Below are positions 1 to 13,346 of a stretch of 64,000 bases of DNA, piece by piece; the first letter of the stretch is position 1, and each line of letters begins with the position of its first letter. The DNA is from Eledone cirrhosa. Lineage: Eukaryota. The stretch covers positions 90,706,001-90,770,000 of the forward strand of contig OZ024744.1 in assembly GCA_964016885.1 (NCBI GenBank), read 5' to 3'. A model generated the notes under the pieces. That model saw only the letters and a program-made list of their open reading frames with translations. It had not been told where the DNA came from and searched no databases. Made by a program: the position numbers and the translations under genes.

Positions 1-1200
1 GGCCACTACATCTATCTTTAGTGACCTGAGGTCATTGAGCAGGTTGAGAGAACGGAGGAAGCATCCGAAGCAGACAATGATCTGAATGCTGAACTAAATA
101 ACATCTGGAACAAAGATACGGCCATTCAGGAGATGAATGCTGACGGGCTAGGACAAGATTTGGCTGATATCCTAAACTTAGTGGTAGAAGCAATGAACAA
201 TGATAGTGTGAAACCTATGAACCTAAGATTTGTAGACAGGAAAAAGTTAAAAGAAACAACACTAAGGTAAACAAAGTCATCCCATACCTTGAGGCGAGGC
301 ACCTTCACCAGTGCAACAATAACCTCAAAGCAACAGCAAAGGCGGTGAGGAAATAACTTGACATAAAAGCGAGAGGGAACAACAAACAAGAAATATCAGA
401 ACCTTGGTGGAAGAAACGACTGAATGGTCAAATCAGGGAAATGAGATTTGACATTGGAAAGCTTGAGTCCCTACTGAATGTGGAACTACAAAACTAGGAC
501 ACTAAAAATAAACTGGAAATAAAGTACAAAACTAGGAGGAAAAAACTAAATATTATCATAGAGGAACTGAAGCAATGCATTGTAGCAAAGAGTGCAAAGA
601 TTAGGCGATACAAGAGCAGAGTCAGTCAGTATAGACAGAACCGCATGTTTGACAACAACCAGAAGATGTTGTTTGGACAGCTTGAAGGGAAAGAAAGAGG
701 CAACGACTTGATCCCTGAGGCGGAACAGACTAAGACATTCTGGAGAGGAATACGGGAGCAGGATGTTAAAATGAAATGGGTGAAACACCATATTTACAAG
801 GAGGAGGCTAGCCCACTGTGTAGGATCTGTGGAGAGAGAGAGGAGACTGTGGCTCACATTGTATCCGAGTGTAAACACCTAGCCCAGACTCACTATAAAG
901 GCTGGAGACATGATGTGATGGGCAGGGTGATCCACTGGCACCTATGCAAAGTAAACAATTTACCACATTCTGAGAAGAATTGTCATAGACGCACTAGGTA
1001 CTATCTCAAAGAGTTTCCAGGGATGGTTAAAGAAAATTGGTCCGCACCGCTTTTTGGAACACTTCAAAAGGCATGCTTGCTGGGAACAGCAAAAACCCTC
1101 CGATACGACCTGAATATCTGAGGCTGCGTGTAGTAGCTTGATATTCATTTCAACAAACTTTCCAGTTAAATAACATCAATGACTTAGATTCAAAGAATAT
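1..1200 (+). mobile_element. Degenerate, internally deleted R4/Dong-like non-LTR retrotransposon
   Basis: ORF 645-1121 has a CCHC knuckle (CRICGEREETVAHIVSEC), an RHD motif and C-terminal LQKACLLGT, typical of RLE-type LINEs. RT is missing. Ends at (TAA)n near 1199-1212. Confidence 0.75.
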
Positions 1201-1540
1201 AATAATAATAATGATTTCATTTATTAAGCACAAGGGCCGACATGTAGGGGACAATACAAAGACAGGGAGAGTGGGGGTTTACAATAAGGTAAAAGTGTAC
1301 AATGGCAAGACTATTTTAACAATGAAGATATAAAAAATATAAAATAAACTATGCATAAATATAACAAAATTAATTCCCCGATAGGGGGTGGACGACCCTG
1401 GGGTGACTCGGGTACCCCACCAATCCTGAACCATCCTGCGCTTCTAGGGCACCCAGGGAGAGCACCCCTCTCCTCAAGTTAGCTAGCCTATAAGCGCATG
1501 GTCAGAGTAGGCCCATTCACACAGGCCATTCTCGCCACAT

Positions 1541-4500
1541 TCATGCACCTTTTAGCAAATGTACTGGGGGGGGGGGGGGCAGCACTTCTCTCTCCACCCT
1601 CACCTTACTTTCCAGGTGAAACTTGAAGAAGTTGATGAGGGATTGGCCGAAGAGAAAAGTGTCTGTCTTCAGTCCTTTCAACCTGGTCCACCATATAACC
1701 TCTTTCGCAACTACCACCAGACAGAGGAACATTGCCTGCTCTTCCTGACCAAACGAAGGCGGCGGGTCGATCTTCATTATGGACTCGGCCGATAGCCCGA
1801 TCCGTTCCACACGCGACAGTAGCTGTTCGACATAACTCCACAAGTCAGTAATACACGGACATTAGACAAGTGCGTGCAGAATAGTTTCGTCGTTCTGTGC
1901 GCATCTTGGACAGGTCCGTCTGACAGCACTTCCGTGCCTGTAGAGTTTATCCCGAATCGGCAGTGCCCCCCGGTAGCACTGCCAAGCGAGGGATTTCTCG
2001 AAATTGTCCATCGTCCCCGGCTCGAAAGTCCTCCGGTACAGACTGGTCAATTCGACTTCGTCGAGGCCCAAAGCTTCTCCGAGTGCGTCATCGCACTTGC
2101 CCACCACTAATCCTCTACAGAACTCGAGAGTGGAAGTTCCACTGATCGCATTGCCCGCTTGGTAGAGGGCAGTGAGTACCTGGCAACATTCCAGGTGCCA
2201 GTCACCCAGTCTCGATCTCTTCTTGACCCAGGACTGCAGCTCCGTCAAAAAACGAGCTGCGGAAAGGCCCATCTGATAAACGGCGACCACACCTGTTAAC
2301 CGTTCAGGTAGAATATCTGGAGATGTCACAGCCTCAACGCATGTCCAGCCCTCCGCGTAGAGGGTGCTGGCAGCAGATGGACCGCCTCACCAACGGAACT
2401 TGTCCCCTCCACAAGAATTTGAAGAGGAGCCGTTCCAACTTGACGAGGCGCGGACGGGGGCAAGGCACGACGGTTAGGCTGTAGTAGATGACGGACGCGA
2501 CGTACGCATTCGCCACCTCCGCGCGACTTTTCAGTGATAGCTTCCTCCCAGCCCATTTTTGGGTGAGACTGGCTACTCTGCTCGTTACCTCGTCCCAATT
2601 CTTTTCCACCTGAAGGTCTGGTCCGAACCAAACCCCGAGCAACTTTACCGTTCCGTCCGTCCAGCGTCCCACTACGCTGTTGGACGGCATATGCTTGCCT
2701 CCAGGTTCCGAGCTGCAATCCCACCGACTTTTCCGGGTTAAGTTTGGCTCCTGTCAACCTTTCATATTCCTTCAATAAGGTGCCAACCACCTCGATTTCT
2801 GAGGTGTCCGACACCATCACGGTGATGTCGTCCGCATAAGCCGACACCGCCTTTCCACGTCCCGGTTCGAGCGGGATGCCCTGCAACAGTTCCAGCTTCC
2901 GCAGTAAGGGATCGAGAGTAAATACGTACAGAAGGGAAGAGAGAGGGCACCCTTGATGGACCGATCGGGAGAGCCGAAATGGTTCCGAGAGGTGGCCATT
3001 AATTTTGACCACCGAGTGTGAGCCGCTGTGCATTGCAGCGATCCAGCTTCTGAAGACAGGGCCGAAGCCAGCTGCTTTGAGGACAAACTCCAGATACCGA
3101 TGGTCGACCCTATCGAATGCTTTTGATTGATCTAAATCACAGGTTCTCAACCCATTTAGCCCAAACGCCCCCTTTTGTCCCTCGAAATCCCGAAACGCCC
3201 CCCCCCCCCCTATTTTTTCACTTTTTCAATATACTACTGATTTTTATATCAGTAGATTACTAAAAAATTGATTAACAATATTCCAAACATGTGTGTATTA
3301 CCTGATTATGTGTTGTATGTGGTCCTAGATGTGTGTTCTACTCGCTTCTGTTTTTTTCTTTTCTTTTTTTTTATTTGTAATATTATTTATACAATAGGGA
3401 ATAAAACATAGTGTTAACTCGTTGCGGTTGAGTCAATAATTTCAGACATGAAATACATTGTTATCGGTGAAGGAAAGATAAGATTCTAACTGTCTGCGCT
3501 CAAAGTGTCTTTGACCCAGTTGGCTGTGGGTTTTTCCATTTTTAGGATCTCAATTACCGGTTGACGTCTCAATTACCGGACACGCCTGCACACCTGCTCA
3601 CAGCTGCGGTCAGACTATAGTTATGCTGTCTGCAATCTCATTCAAACCGCAGCTGTGAGCAGGTGTGCAGACATGTCCGGTAATTGAGACGTTAACAGGT
3701 AATTGAGATCCTAAAAATGGAACCCCTCCTTACCCCTTACCCCAGCTCAAAACGTCCCCCAAACGCAACCTTGCTCCCAAACGCCCCCCCCCCCTGGAGT
3801 TCCGAAATGCCCCCGGGGGTGCATATGCCCCCCGTTGAGAACCTTTGATCTAAATTGATCAGTGCCCCAGCGAAGCCAGGTTTACACCCTACCCTCTCTA
3901 TGATGTAGCGCATGAGGTGGAGATTGTCATGTATGGACCTTGCTGGGATTGCACAAGTTTGCGCCTCCCCAACCAAATCCTCGACGACAAGCGCCAATCT
4001 CTTTGCTAACACCTTGGCCAAAATTCTTAAACTCTGTGATGAGCAGAGTTATGGGCCTGAAGTTGTCTAATGTATCCCTCTTGTTCTCGTCTTTCCTTAT
4101 CATTATCACCACTCCCCCGCTCACAGAACTGGGAATACTTCCATTCTGCTTCCAGTTGCAGTAGAGTGCTTCGAGGAGATCGGAGAACAAGTCTGGCATA
4201 TTTACGTAAAGCTCGTAGGGCAGACCATTCAAACCGGGTGACTTGCGCCTCATGCAGCCGACAAGGGCGTCCTCAATTTCGGCTGAAGTAATCGGCCTTT
4301 CGCAGCGCTCAGCGTCGACCGTCGAGATGCGCGGCAAGCCGTCAAGGTAGGGACTGAAATCTGCTACTCTCTCTGACTCGCCATTCTCCCCGAACAACCG
4401 AGCAACTGCTGGCGAAAGGACTCACACAACCGCTTGGAATCGCTTATCTCGTGTCCGTCTCGGTCCGCCAAAGACCCAATTGTGGTTTTATTACCACGCT

Positions 4501-5582
4501 GCGCCTCCGCCACGCGGACCCATCGAACAGCTTTGGTTCCCTCGTTTCTCAGCGCACGCGCCTTAGCTCTGACAATACAACCTTCGTGTTTCGCATTGAA
4601 GAAATGGTCTAATACCATTCTCGCCGCTAGCACGTCAGTTTCAATGCCACTACAAATGGCCTCGTCTAACTTATCTACCAGCTCCCCCTCCTTTCTATTT
4701 TTCTCTAACGCTAGTTCTTTGCTGAACTCTATCGAAGTTACTCTAATCTCTCTTTTCAGAGCCCCCCCCCCCCCCCCCCCATCTGTTGTTGATGATCCCC
4801 CTGTTAACTTTTGCTTAACTAAATTGTTGTCCCTGTAAGCCTTACGTGCCGGAAATGACATGTTCAGCTTCCAGGAACCCGGTTCCAACCTACGCGTTTT
4901 ATCTAGGTCGACGATACATATCACAAATATGTGATCTGAATAGGCGACCGTTTTAAAAAGTGGGCAGCCTACAATATTTATATCTATTTTCCTAATGAAG
5001 ATCCTGTCTATATACTGGCCAATTGGGGAAATCTAGTCGATACCTGTCAGACAGCTGGAACTGGCTGATTAGGTGCTTGAGGCTTTTGCACCCCACCCAC
5101 CCCGCGCTCCTATCAGCTACTCCCACACAATCCCAGCATGCGTCTAAGATGCTGTTCCAGTCTCCCGCTAGCAGTAAAGGGTGAGACGTACCCAGAAAAG
5201 TTTCCAGGCGCCTAAAGAAGTCCGATCGTCCGGCCCCTGTAGGGGTGTAGACGGCCAGCAGTCTAAAGGCACCACCTTCGATACTGCTCACATCCAAGAC
5301 AACCAACTTACCGTCCGGGTCCCGGAAGATCGACCTTACCTCGAGATCCAGTCCTTTCGTAAACAGCACTGCCACCTCACCTCCCATTCCCGGCTTGTTA
5401 ACAGATGCGAAGATCTGATAGTCGTCGAAAAGTGGGGCTAGTGCGCGCGTGTCTGAAATTCTGGTCTCGATGACGGCAATCACATCCATTTCCAGCGACC
5501 TGAGGTCGTTGAGTAGGCGACCCTGCTTCCAGGGTGACCCCAGGCCGCGAACATTTAAACTTCCTACTCTTGATATGGCCAT
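1541..5582 (-). pseudogene. LINE ORF2 (APE endonuclease-RT-Cys domain), broken
   Basis: ORF pieces 4992-5582, 4364-4924, 3927-4397, 3737-4021, 2326-3150, 2334-2690, 1862-2329 and 1541-1843 in different frames. Interrupted by a hAT insertion. Confidence 0.88.
3138..3847. mobile_element. Non-autonomous hAT (Charlie-like) element inserted in the LINE RT
   Basis: TIRs CACAGGTTCTCAAC / GTTGAGAACCTTTG. 8-bp TSD ATCTAAAT at 3130-3137 and 3848-3855. Splits the RT motif INLD|QSKAFD. Confidence 0.9.
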
Positions 5583-7248
5583 GTTGGCAAGCTAAAAGAG
5601 AGAGTGAAGGTTTACTTACCTCCCGGGGTCTTGTGAAGGTCGGGTGGTTCGACCTCCATAGTTGGTGGGGTTTCTTTTGGGAACCCCTTTAAAAGTCTCG
5701 ATGTGGGTTTCACATTCGGGGTTCCCACGTCTTGAGGAAAGCTCTCCTGAATTTCTTTGAAGGAATCGAGTGACATTCGGACCAGAAGCAAATCTACTGG
5801 CACGCAAAATGTGCTCATTTCAAAGATCTCCCCCTCTGTTTGAATGTCCTCGCTTCGTGCTAAGAGGGCCATCAGTTTATCGTTGGCCCTTCTGACAAGC
5901 ACGAAGTTTTTAACATTTTGTTGGTGTGGTTTTATTTGTTTTCGTTTTGGTGACTGTGGTGGTGATGGTTTTGGTGGCGTTGTTTCGGGTATGCCTGTGT
6001 TTGTTGTAGGTGTGGTGTCTGCAATTTCAGGTATTTGTGTGTTTATTTGTACTTGTGTTTGTTTAGGTTGTTTGCGTTTCGGGGATTGTGGGGGTGGTGT
6101 CGATGTTGCTGTTGGTGCTGATGTTATTGGGGAAGTGTTTGCGTTAGTGGTGTCTGTATTTTTTTTATGTATGTTTTTGTGTTTTGTTGGGGCTTTTTTT
6201 TTTTGGTGAGTTTTCTCTGTTTTCTTTTTTGCACTTTTGGGTTTTCCTTCATCTTCACTGCTGGAAGACAAAGGTTCTGTGGGTGTGAATGTCTCTGTGT
6301 CTGTGTGTGCGTTTATTGTTTTGTCTATGTGTATAATTGGAGGGGTAGGGGAGTGGGAGAGCTTTCCTCGTTTTCCCCTTGGATTGGTTTCTGTGTTGGT
6401 GGTGGTCCGGCTGTTTTTGATGTTGGTGTCCGTGTCTTTGTTGGTGTTGTTTTTGGTGGTGGTGGTGCAGCTTTCCGTGCTGACACTGGTGTTGGCAACA
6501 AAGGAGGTTTACGACCCCCTGAATTTTTGCGATGCGGGCAGAAGTATTGCAGATGCGTTGCTTCCCCGCAGACGAAGCAGTGCGGCCTTCATTCCTCAGT
6601 AACCAGTTGGATTGTTGTCCCGTCCTGCAGGCGGGCAAAATCCGGAATGTTGTTCATGTCCTCTGGTTTCATTTGGAGAAGAATCTCCAAATCCATTCCG
6701 GACCAGTCTTCTCACTCTCTGTCCTTTTGATATCCAGGAGGGTAGTGTCTGTGCCATCCTCGATTACGCATCCCAGGAGCCACCATATGTTCATTCCTGG
6801 TGGGATACTTGGAATGCGGACCTTTACTGTCATTTTGCCCATGTAGGACGGGTGCATGATAATGCGTTCCATTCTGCAGAGGGTCACCGAGTGCTTAATA
6901 GCAAGGGCCTCGGTTATGAACAGTACCGAAATGCTACCGAACTGTTTGGCCCTTGTTTTATACACTATGTCACTTCCAATGCACTCCAAAGCAGCCTCGA
7001 CCTCTGCTTGGCTGGCAAGTTCCACTTGTCGTCTCTGCACTGAAATGCATAGAAAGTACACCTTCCTCCTTTTCATCGCCGCTATTGCCCCGTCCGAGAT
7101 GGTCAGATTTGCCCAGGATTTCTCCCGTTTAATTAACCTCCACGCCTGGACCAACTGTTCGTCTTTATCGCTAATATCAATATTCAATAACCGCTTTGTT
7201 TTTGCTGCTGCTGCAGCAAATGTGGTGCCTCTGTTGCTATTGTTGTTG

Positions 7249-7735
7249 GATCGAATGTGGTTTTTGGCCCAGCAAATGATCTAAAGAGTTGGCAACCAAA
7301 ACATTCATTGGGAATAGCCGGCTGTGGTTGGAGTTCATGTACGTTTGCATGTCGTTTGAGCCCTCCTACTGATTTACATTCTCTACCACATGTTTGTCAA
7401 GAATGATGAGTAGCATCTCCAACAGCAGCCTGGTAGTCAACCACAGGTCTCACTTTATGACTGTGGAAATGACTTTCGAGTCCAGCTTTGCTTGGGTAGA
7501 GTCTCGCACAGACGTTGCATGTCAGCACCATAGGAGCACCTTCGCCGTCTGGAAATGCAACAGCAATGCCCTTCCTCACATCCCGCTTTACTTTCTCCTA
7601 TGCGATTCGAGATGCCTCAAAGGCAACTTTCCCCTCATATACAGTCTTTCTCCATTTATTACGATCAGCAGCAACATTTTCCCATATATCAGCTCCACAA
7701 ACGTTATCAGCTCCACCACAACCACGTGGAATACG
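7249..7735 (-). mobile_element. RTE-type LINE 3' fragment with C2H2 fingers
   Basis: WENVAADRNKWRKTV and CNVCARLYPSKAGLESHFHSH. Near-identical to 59157-59400. Confidence 0.65.
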
Positions 7736-7758
7736 ATATATGTAATATATATATGCAT

Positions 7759-7797
<39 letters not shown>

Positions 7798-7944
7798 ATG
7801 TAGTAAAAACCGATAATGTTTTTCAAAAGCCGGTGTAATACGGTAGAAAATGCGATGGGTAAATGTTGTGACAGCTCACACCTATGCAGGTTTAGCTGGC
7901 CTCCTCCAAGGTCTATCTCGTTGGAGGTGTTTTACGTGATTTAA

Positions 7945-8090
7945 TGATAGGGACCCCAGTCATTTCTACAGCTGAGTAAACTGGAGCAACGTGAAATAAA
8001 GTTGTTTGCTCAAGGAAATAATATACCACCTGGTCTGAGAATTGAACCTTTGGATTGCAAACCAAATGCTCTAACCACTAAGCCATGCGC
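7945..8090 (-). mobile_element. tRNA-derived SINE remnant (second SINE family)
   Basis: Reverse strand has A box TGGCTTAGTGG, B-box-like GGTTCAATTC and a CCTTGAGCAA core. Similar pieces near 14215-14270 and 50555-50630. Confidence 0.6.
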
Positions 8091-8149
8091 AAATGATGAC
8101 AAATAAAACAATACAAAATAAAGTAATGGTTTACTCAATGTATATCCTA

Positions 8150-8460
8150 GCATGATATTTCAGGACTACTACTCTCTTTTCAAATGCAAAGCTGAAACAG
8201 TCCAAGTCAAAACAAAACGTGCGATCGAAGTTTTTTACCCTAACTAGTCCATGTTTGCTCACAAAACACATTCGTGGCTTCGCTACAGTAACCATTCTGC
8301 CTCATGCATTTCCGATCTATTATTTTTCCCTGGGTTTATTCAGCTGATGAAAATGGCCTCTTTAATCCTTAAATTGCCAATATTCCTTTCAGTCGCCTCT
8401 AAGATGACCTCGATTTTTACAAAATTATTTTGTATAAGAGAATTTGAAAATTGAAAAGAT
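8150..8460 (-). mobile_element. PLE 3' remnant (GIY-YIG C-terminus) with a degenerate U3-A8 hammerhead at 8150-8187
   Basis: Minus strand reads LRIKEAIFIS*INPGKNNRSEM, then GCAU-UUGAAAA-(poor stem II)-GAAA-UA-UC-AUGC. Confidence 0.55.
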
Positions 8461-8714
8461 AATACCGTAAATTTCTCCACTCATTTACTTATCATAGGTA
8501 ACAGATAGGCTTGATGTGCTTAAGGTCGATAATTTGTTAGTGTAAATTAATAGTGCTATAATCTCCCACCTATTCACTGCCGATGCTTTGAATCAACAAC
8601 GGTAGGTTATCAATATCATTATGTATTTAAAAGTAGTAACAAATAGAACAAAATAAACGGCTCAGTAGATGGAGGAAATATATTAGTTTAACGCTTGAAA
8701 TAGCAGGAGGTGAG

Positions 8715-8750
8715 TCTTAACGTTTCGGACACTAGTCTTTCACCAGAAGA
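8715..8750 (-). ncRNA. Degenerate minimal hammerhead (A6G)
   Basis: UCUU-CUGGUGA-AAGACUAGUGUCC-GAAA-CG-UU-AAGA. Confidence 0.55.
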
Positions 8751-9030
8751 AAGAGTTAGAAATAGAAGATAAATAGAAAGTAAAGAGTGATGAGAGGAAT
8801 GAACGGGAGAAATGAGAAAACAATATGTGCAGATAAAAAACACACGTGTGTATTCAGTCGACCATCTTGGATAATGGCTGGGGAATGATAACCAACGTGA
8901 AAGAGGTATACAAATGGAGCAGGCTTAATAGTTGCAGTAACGTTAGGCTGAATTGGCTCCAACATTAGTTGACCTTCAGTTGATTACCTTTGTTGATACT
9001 GTTACCGACTAATGAATTATTCCCTTGAAG

Positions 9031-9570
9031 CAGTGGTTCCCAAACGTTTTTTTCCTCTGGGCCTCATTTTCGGAATGAAAATTTGCTCGCGCCTCACCTA
9101 ATTTTATGTGATTATAAGTACATTTAAAGATAAAAGAAAAGTACAACTACTAATAGTGCGTTAAATATAATATATAAAATAAATAACTTATAATATGATT
9201 AAAGTACACAAATTTACTGAAAGGTACAAGCTTGTTTTTACGAGTAATCTCCCTTTATATTAGGTCTAATTTGAGATAAACAAACTCTCATCTCATCAAC
9301 ATAAAGAAGCCTTTCCCTTTTTTTGGCCTTTGATATTTGTCAGAACTCAAAATCCTTGTTTGCAGCAATATGTCATGGAGAACTGTAGAAGAATGGATAA
9401 TGTCTTTGAAGTGACATATGGATATTGTTTCTGGTTGTATATCCCCAAAGAGTCCAGTGATACACTCTTGTGTTTCATTTTTAAGGTGCGATCACTCGAA
9501 ATGTTTGCCAGTTCTTCCTCCTCATCTAATTTCAGGTTTAAACAGCTTGAATTTACAAAATGATCTCTAA
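9031..9570 (-). mobile_element. hAT/Charlie transposon 3' remnant
   Basis: Terminal CAGTGGTTCCCAA at 9031. Minus strand reads ILLQFSMTYCCKQGF*VLTNIK, resembling the hAT dimerisation domain. Confidence 0.7.
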
Positions 9571-9879
9571 TCGTGGATTCAAAGTCAGAACATTATCATT
9601 GATAATTCCCTCCTCCAATTTCTGGACACTTGTTATTGTATTCTTAATATTTGATTTAATGCAAAAATATCACAATGATAAAATCTGTCAATAATTATTT
9701 TTCACTATTTATACTGAGACGTCATGCATACAATTACAAGTAATCCATAATAATATTTTTAATTTTGAAATCATATTTATTTTTGGCATATGAATTTTTT
9801 GAAACTGTTTCTAAATGACTATCTTTTAATATAAAAAATAACTTTTAATATAAAAAGTAATTTTTATCTACAGTAATAA

Positions 9880-10082
9880 TAGTTTCTTATATAGGCCAGC
9901 AATTTTCAGGGTGGAGAAGAAATTCGATTAAATCTACCGCAGTACGTTACTGGTGCTTTATTTTATCCACCTCGTAAAGATAGAAGATAAAGTTAACTCA
10001 GGTGGGATTTTAACTCAGATCGTAAAGGGTCGTAACTCTGTACTGCAAAGCATGGCGTCTGACGCTCTACCGATATGCCAAT
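9880..10082 (-). mobile_element. tRNA-derived MetaSINE-like copy (diverged)
   Basis: Homologous to 15260-15445. Confidence 0.7.
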
Positions 10083-10199
10083 AATAATAATAATGACAAC
10101 AATAATAAAAAAGGAAAAAAAAAATAAAAAAAAAAGAATAGGAAAATATAGAGAAAAAAATGAAAAAAAAGAAAAAAAGAATGAGAAGGGGATGGGAAG

Positions 10200-10500
10200 A
10201 ATTCTAGTGTGGCAGAAGAGGGGGTGGGGGAGGCGTTGGGCCTAGGGCATGAGGGCAGGAGGGCTGTGCCTCGCGGACAAGACCGCAAAAGCATTCCTGC
10301 AGACAATGGTCAGTGACACCCGCTGCAACAGCCACCCAACCTCGCAGGGCTCCTTCCTCAGACGGGCCGGCGACATTCCGATCTTGCGGAGGATCTTAAC
10401 TGTAGGGAGCCCATTTACGCCTGAGGTCTCCACGGCGACCAGTGCTCACCTGCTATCCTCTTCCGCCTCACCTATGAGGGGCGCCTCGCCGTTTGGGAAC
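10200..10500 (-). mobile_element. CRE-like non-LTR retrotransposon 3' remnant
   Basis: ETSGVNG...WLLQRVSLTIVCRNA resembles the CRE RLE C-terminus (QRxSxxxQRGNA). Related remnants at about 11640-11810 (+), 14455-14605 (+) and 48835-49000 (-). Confidence 0.6.
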
Positions 10501-10574
10501 CACAGTCTTAAAGCCTTGAAATGTTAATCATATTGTTGAATACCAGTTTTATGTTGTCAAGTGAACAGTTTAGA

Positions 10575-10667
<93 letters not shown>

Positions 10668-11134
10668 ATTACTAACCCTTTCGTCTGTATGCTGCCACCC
10701 TAAAAAAAGCTAAAGACTCCCTTCGGTCAGGAATGACCATAGGATTTACACCAAAAAGTTTCCCTATTACAAAAAGATTATTTACAAGAAACAAAATAAC
10801 AATAACATTTAATAATGTAATTTAGATTTGATATATTACAAAAAATAATGTTTTCCAATTTTTCATGCATTACATTTTACATTGAGTAACATTGAAATGC
10901 AGAGTTTTCGCTATAAATTATATCACTGATTTAAAATCAATCAACATTTTCTCACCCAAAATATGTGTAAAACGAAGCATGGCGCGGATAATTCGGCTAG
11001 TATTATATATGATATTTAATTTACACAAACACACATACACTGACATAATCATAACACCCAATTTGTGTAGCCAATTCGCTCTACATACACACTTAGGTGT
11101 AGTAAATGTTAGCCGTTACATTCTGTAGTTTGTC

Positions 11135-11358
11135 ATCACCCCTTCCTTCCTCTGTCGACATAAGCACCCCTTCCTTCCTCAGTCGACGAAATCACCCCTT
11201 CCTTCCTCAGTCGACGTAATCACCCCTCCTTCCTTCCTCAGTCAACGAAAGCACCCCTCCTTCCTTCCTCAGTCAACGATATCACCTCTTCCTTTCTCAG
11301 TCGACATAATCACCCCCTCCTTCCTCAGTCGACATAATCACCCCTTCCTTCCTCAGTC
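11135..11358. repeat. Minisatellite, ~27-31 bp unit, about 8 copies
   Basis: ATCACCCCTTCCTTCCTCAGTCGACGAA repeated with variants. Confidence 0.9.
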
Positions 11359-12869
11359 ATCTTTACTGTGTTACAGACAAATACACAAGGCTATTATATT
11401 AGTTGATTTGCAATAAAACAAAATTGATATTGGATATTTGTAGCATAAAATTAAACTACTACCTGTCTTGCTACGACGGCGGACAGATACTTACAAGGGA
11501 CACAACTCCATAGTTAAACGTCTAGGGGAATTAACTCAGTTTACTTTCTGTTTGTTATACTTTGCTTATGTATACTTTTGACTACTAAATACAGAGACCT
11601 AACATATCGCTTTATTTCCATACCAGTTGTTATTGAGACCTTGTCTGTACTCGGTCCCTAAACAACCATTTTCCTCTGCAATAATCCCCAGGAGTATATC
11701 CCACCTGAGGAAACAGCCCCGTGAGATAGTGTGTTTGATGCAGCGAGTGTCATTGTTAGCTGTTTTCTGCAGCAATGCTTCCGCCATTTTGTCCACGGGT
11801 GTATAGCTGAGATATACCATCTAGACTGCGGTGTAGAGGCTGTCACTCTTCCTCTTACTTTCGCTATTTTTTGCTTTTCTCTTTTTTTTTACCTCCCATT
11901 GTTTTGTATTTTCATTTCTTTGAATAAAATTTTAATTTTTACTTAAACAATTTCGGTTACTTTTTTTTTTTTTATTTTACTTTATATACTTGACATCGGT
12001 AATGATAGTACAGGGTCATTCCATGTCAAATCCCCCAGGGGGGGGTTTGACATGGAATCTACGCAATATTCAGAAAGCCTGGATATAAAACTGATTTATT
12101 CAATATAGTATAAACAAACATATTTTAGATTAATGGGTATTTGGTTCAACAAAGGGCAAACTACTACATGTATATCGATAACCACGTTTTACATGATAGT
12201 GTACAGAGTCATACATAAGACGCGAAAGTTAAACAGCTAGAATTCACAAAAATTCAACAAATTTATTTTAATCAGAGATAGAATGTTGATAGATGTTGCC
12301 CTTCATTGAATTATTCATTACAGAACCTATTGATTTATTGATGACAAACAAGGCATATTTCCTCTCTCCATCCTGTCTCTTTATAAAAAAATAAAAAAAT
12401 CAAAAAAAATCACGCTCTGTAATACCAAAACAAATGTACGCCAATTTTCATGACAGTTCTTATTTTTCAGGAATGATCATTTGTGTTCCAAAAGAGTTTA
12501 GAATGCTCTTAAAAGATATAGTAACACAATATTGTAAGAACAAAGTATCAGGTAAGTTATTCTAATTTTCACTCATTTCTCATTTAATATACAATTTAGC
12601 TTTTAAAAGAGATGCCAAGGAGAAGAAAGTTCCGACAGTCCACAAGCTCTTCAGACTCGGCAGAGTTTATTTGTGCATGCTCCAAACTAGATAACAAAAA
12701 TATGTTTACCTAGAAGTTCTGAATTTCCTTCGAAATATGTGATAGAATTTATCTCATAAAATTGATACATTTTGTATTTTTTTTAATTATTGGGTGTTTT
12801 ATAATTTCAGAATTGTCTGGGAATCGAAATTTTTAATCCAATTCCCTAAGCCAATATATATATATATAT

Positions 12870-12930
12870 AGAAACGAGTAGGACCCCGACGGCTGAGCTC
12901 AAGCCGTTTCGACGTTTAATTCTGCGTCCA

Positions 12931-12971
<41 letters not shown>

Positions 12972-13174
12972 AACAAGTAAAACCCCGACGGCTGAGCTCA
13001 AGCCGTTTCGACGGCTAATTCTGGAGTCTAATTCTAGAGTCCAGAATTAGCCGTCGAAACGGCTTGAGCTCAGCCGTCGGGGTCTTACTTATTCCTATTA
13101 CCCACTCTACTACCCTAAGTATTGAGTACTTTGGTGCGTTATGGTCAACCTGGTTCCTTACCACATTTCCTTCG

Positions 13175-13177
<3 letters not shown>
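12870..13177. mobile_element. Inverted PLE-terminus remnants carrying hammerhead 3' halves, between (TA)n tracts
   Basis: 12970-13025 is the reverse complement of 13041-13097. Motif GUC-GAAA-CGGCUUGAGCUCAGCCG-UC-GGGG. A third copy lies at 12870-12933. Confidence 0.6.
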
Positions 13178-13273
<96 letters not shown>

Positions 13274-13279
13274 TATATA

Positions 13280-13346
<67 letters not shown>

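Larger units (their letters stand above)
1213..7248 (-). mobile_element. Tx1/L1-clade LINE, 5'-truncated and frameshifted
   Basis: Ordered minus-strand fragments: ORF1 (5612-7248), APE endonuclease (LNVRGL, GDWN), RT (FRPITLL, KAFDRVDH, QGCPLS, YADD) and C-terminal CxxC..ETxxH. AATAAA lies at the 3' end. Confidence 0.9.

Noticed and set aside
12010-12850. Hairpin TTCCATGTCAAA/TTTGACATGGAA and possible DNA transposon 5' end
   Set aside because: No matching second terminus or transposase motif in the window.
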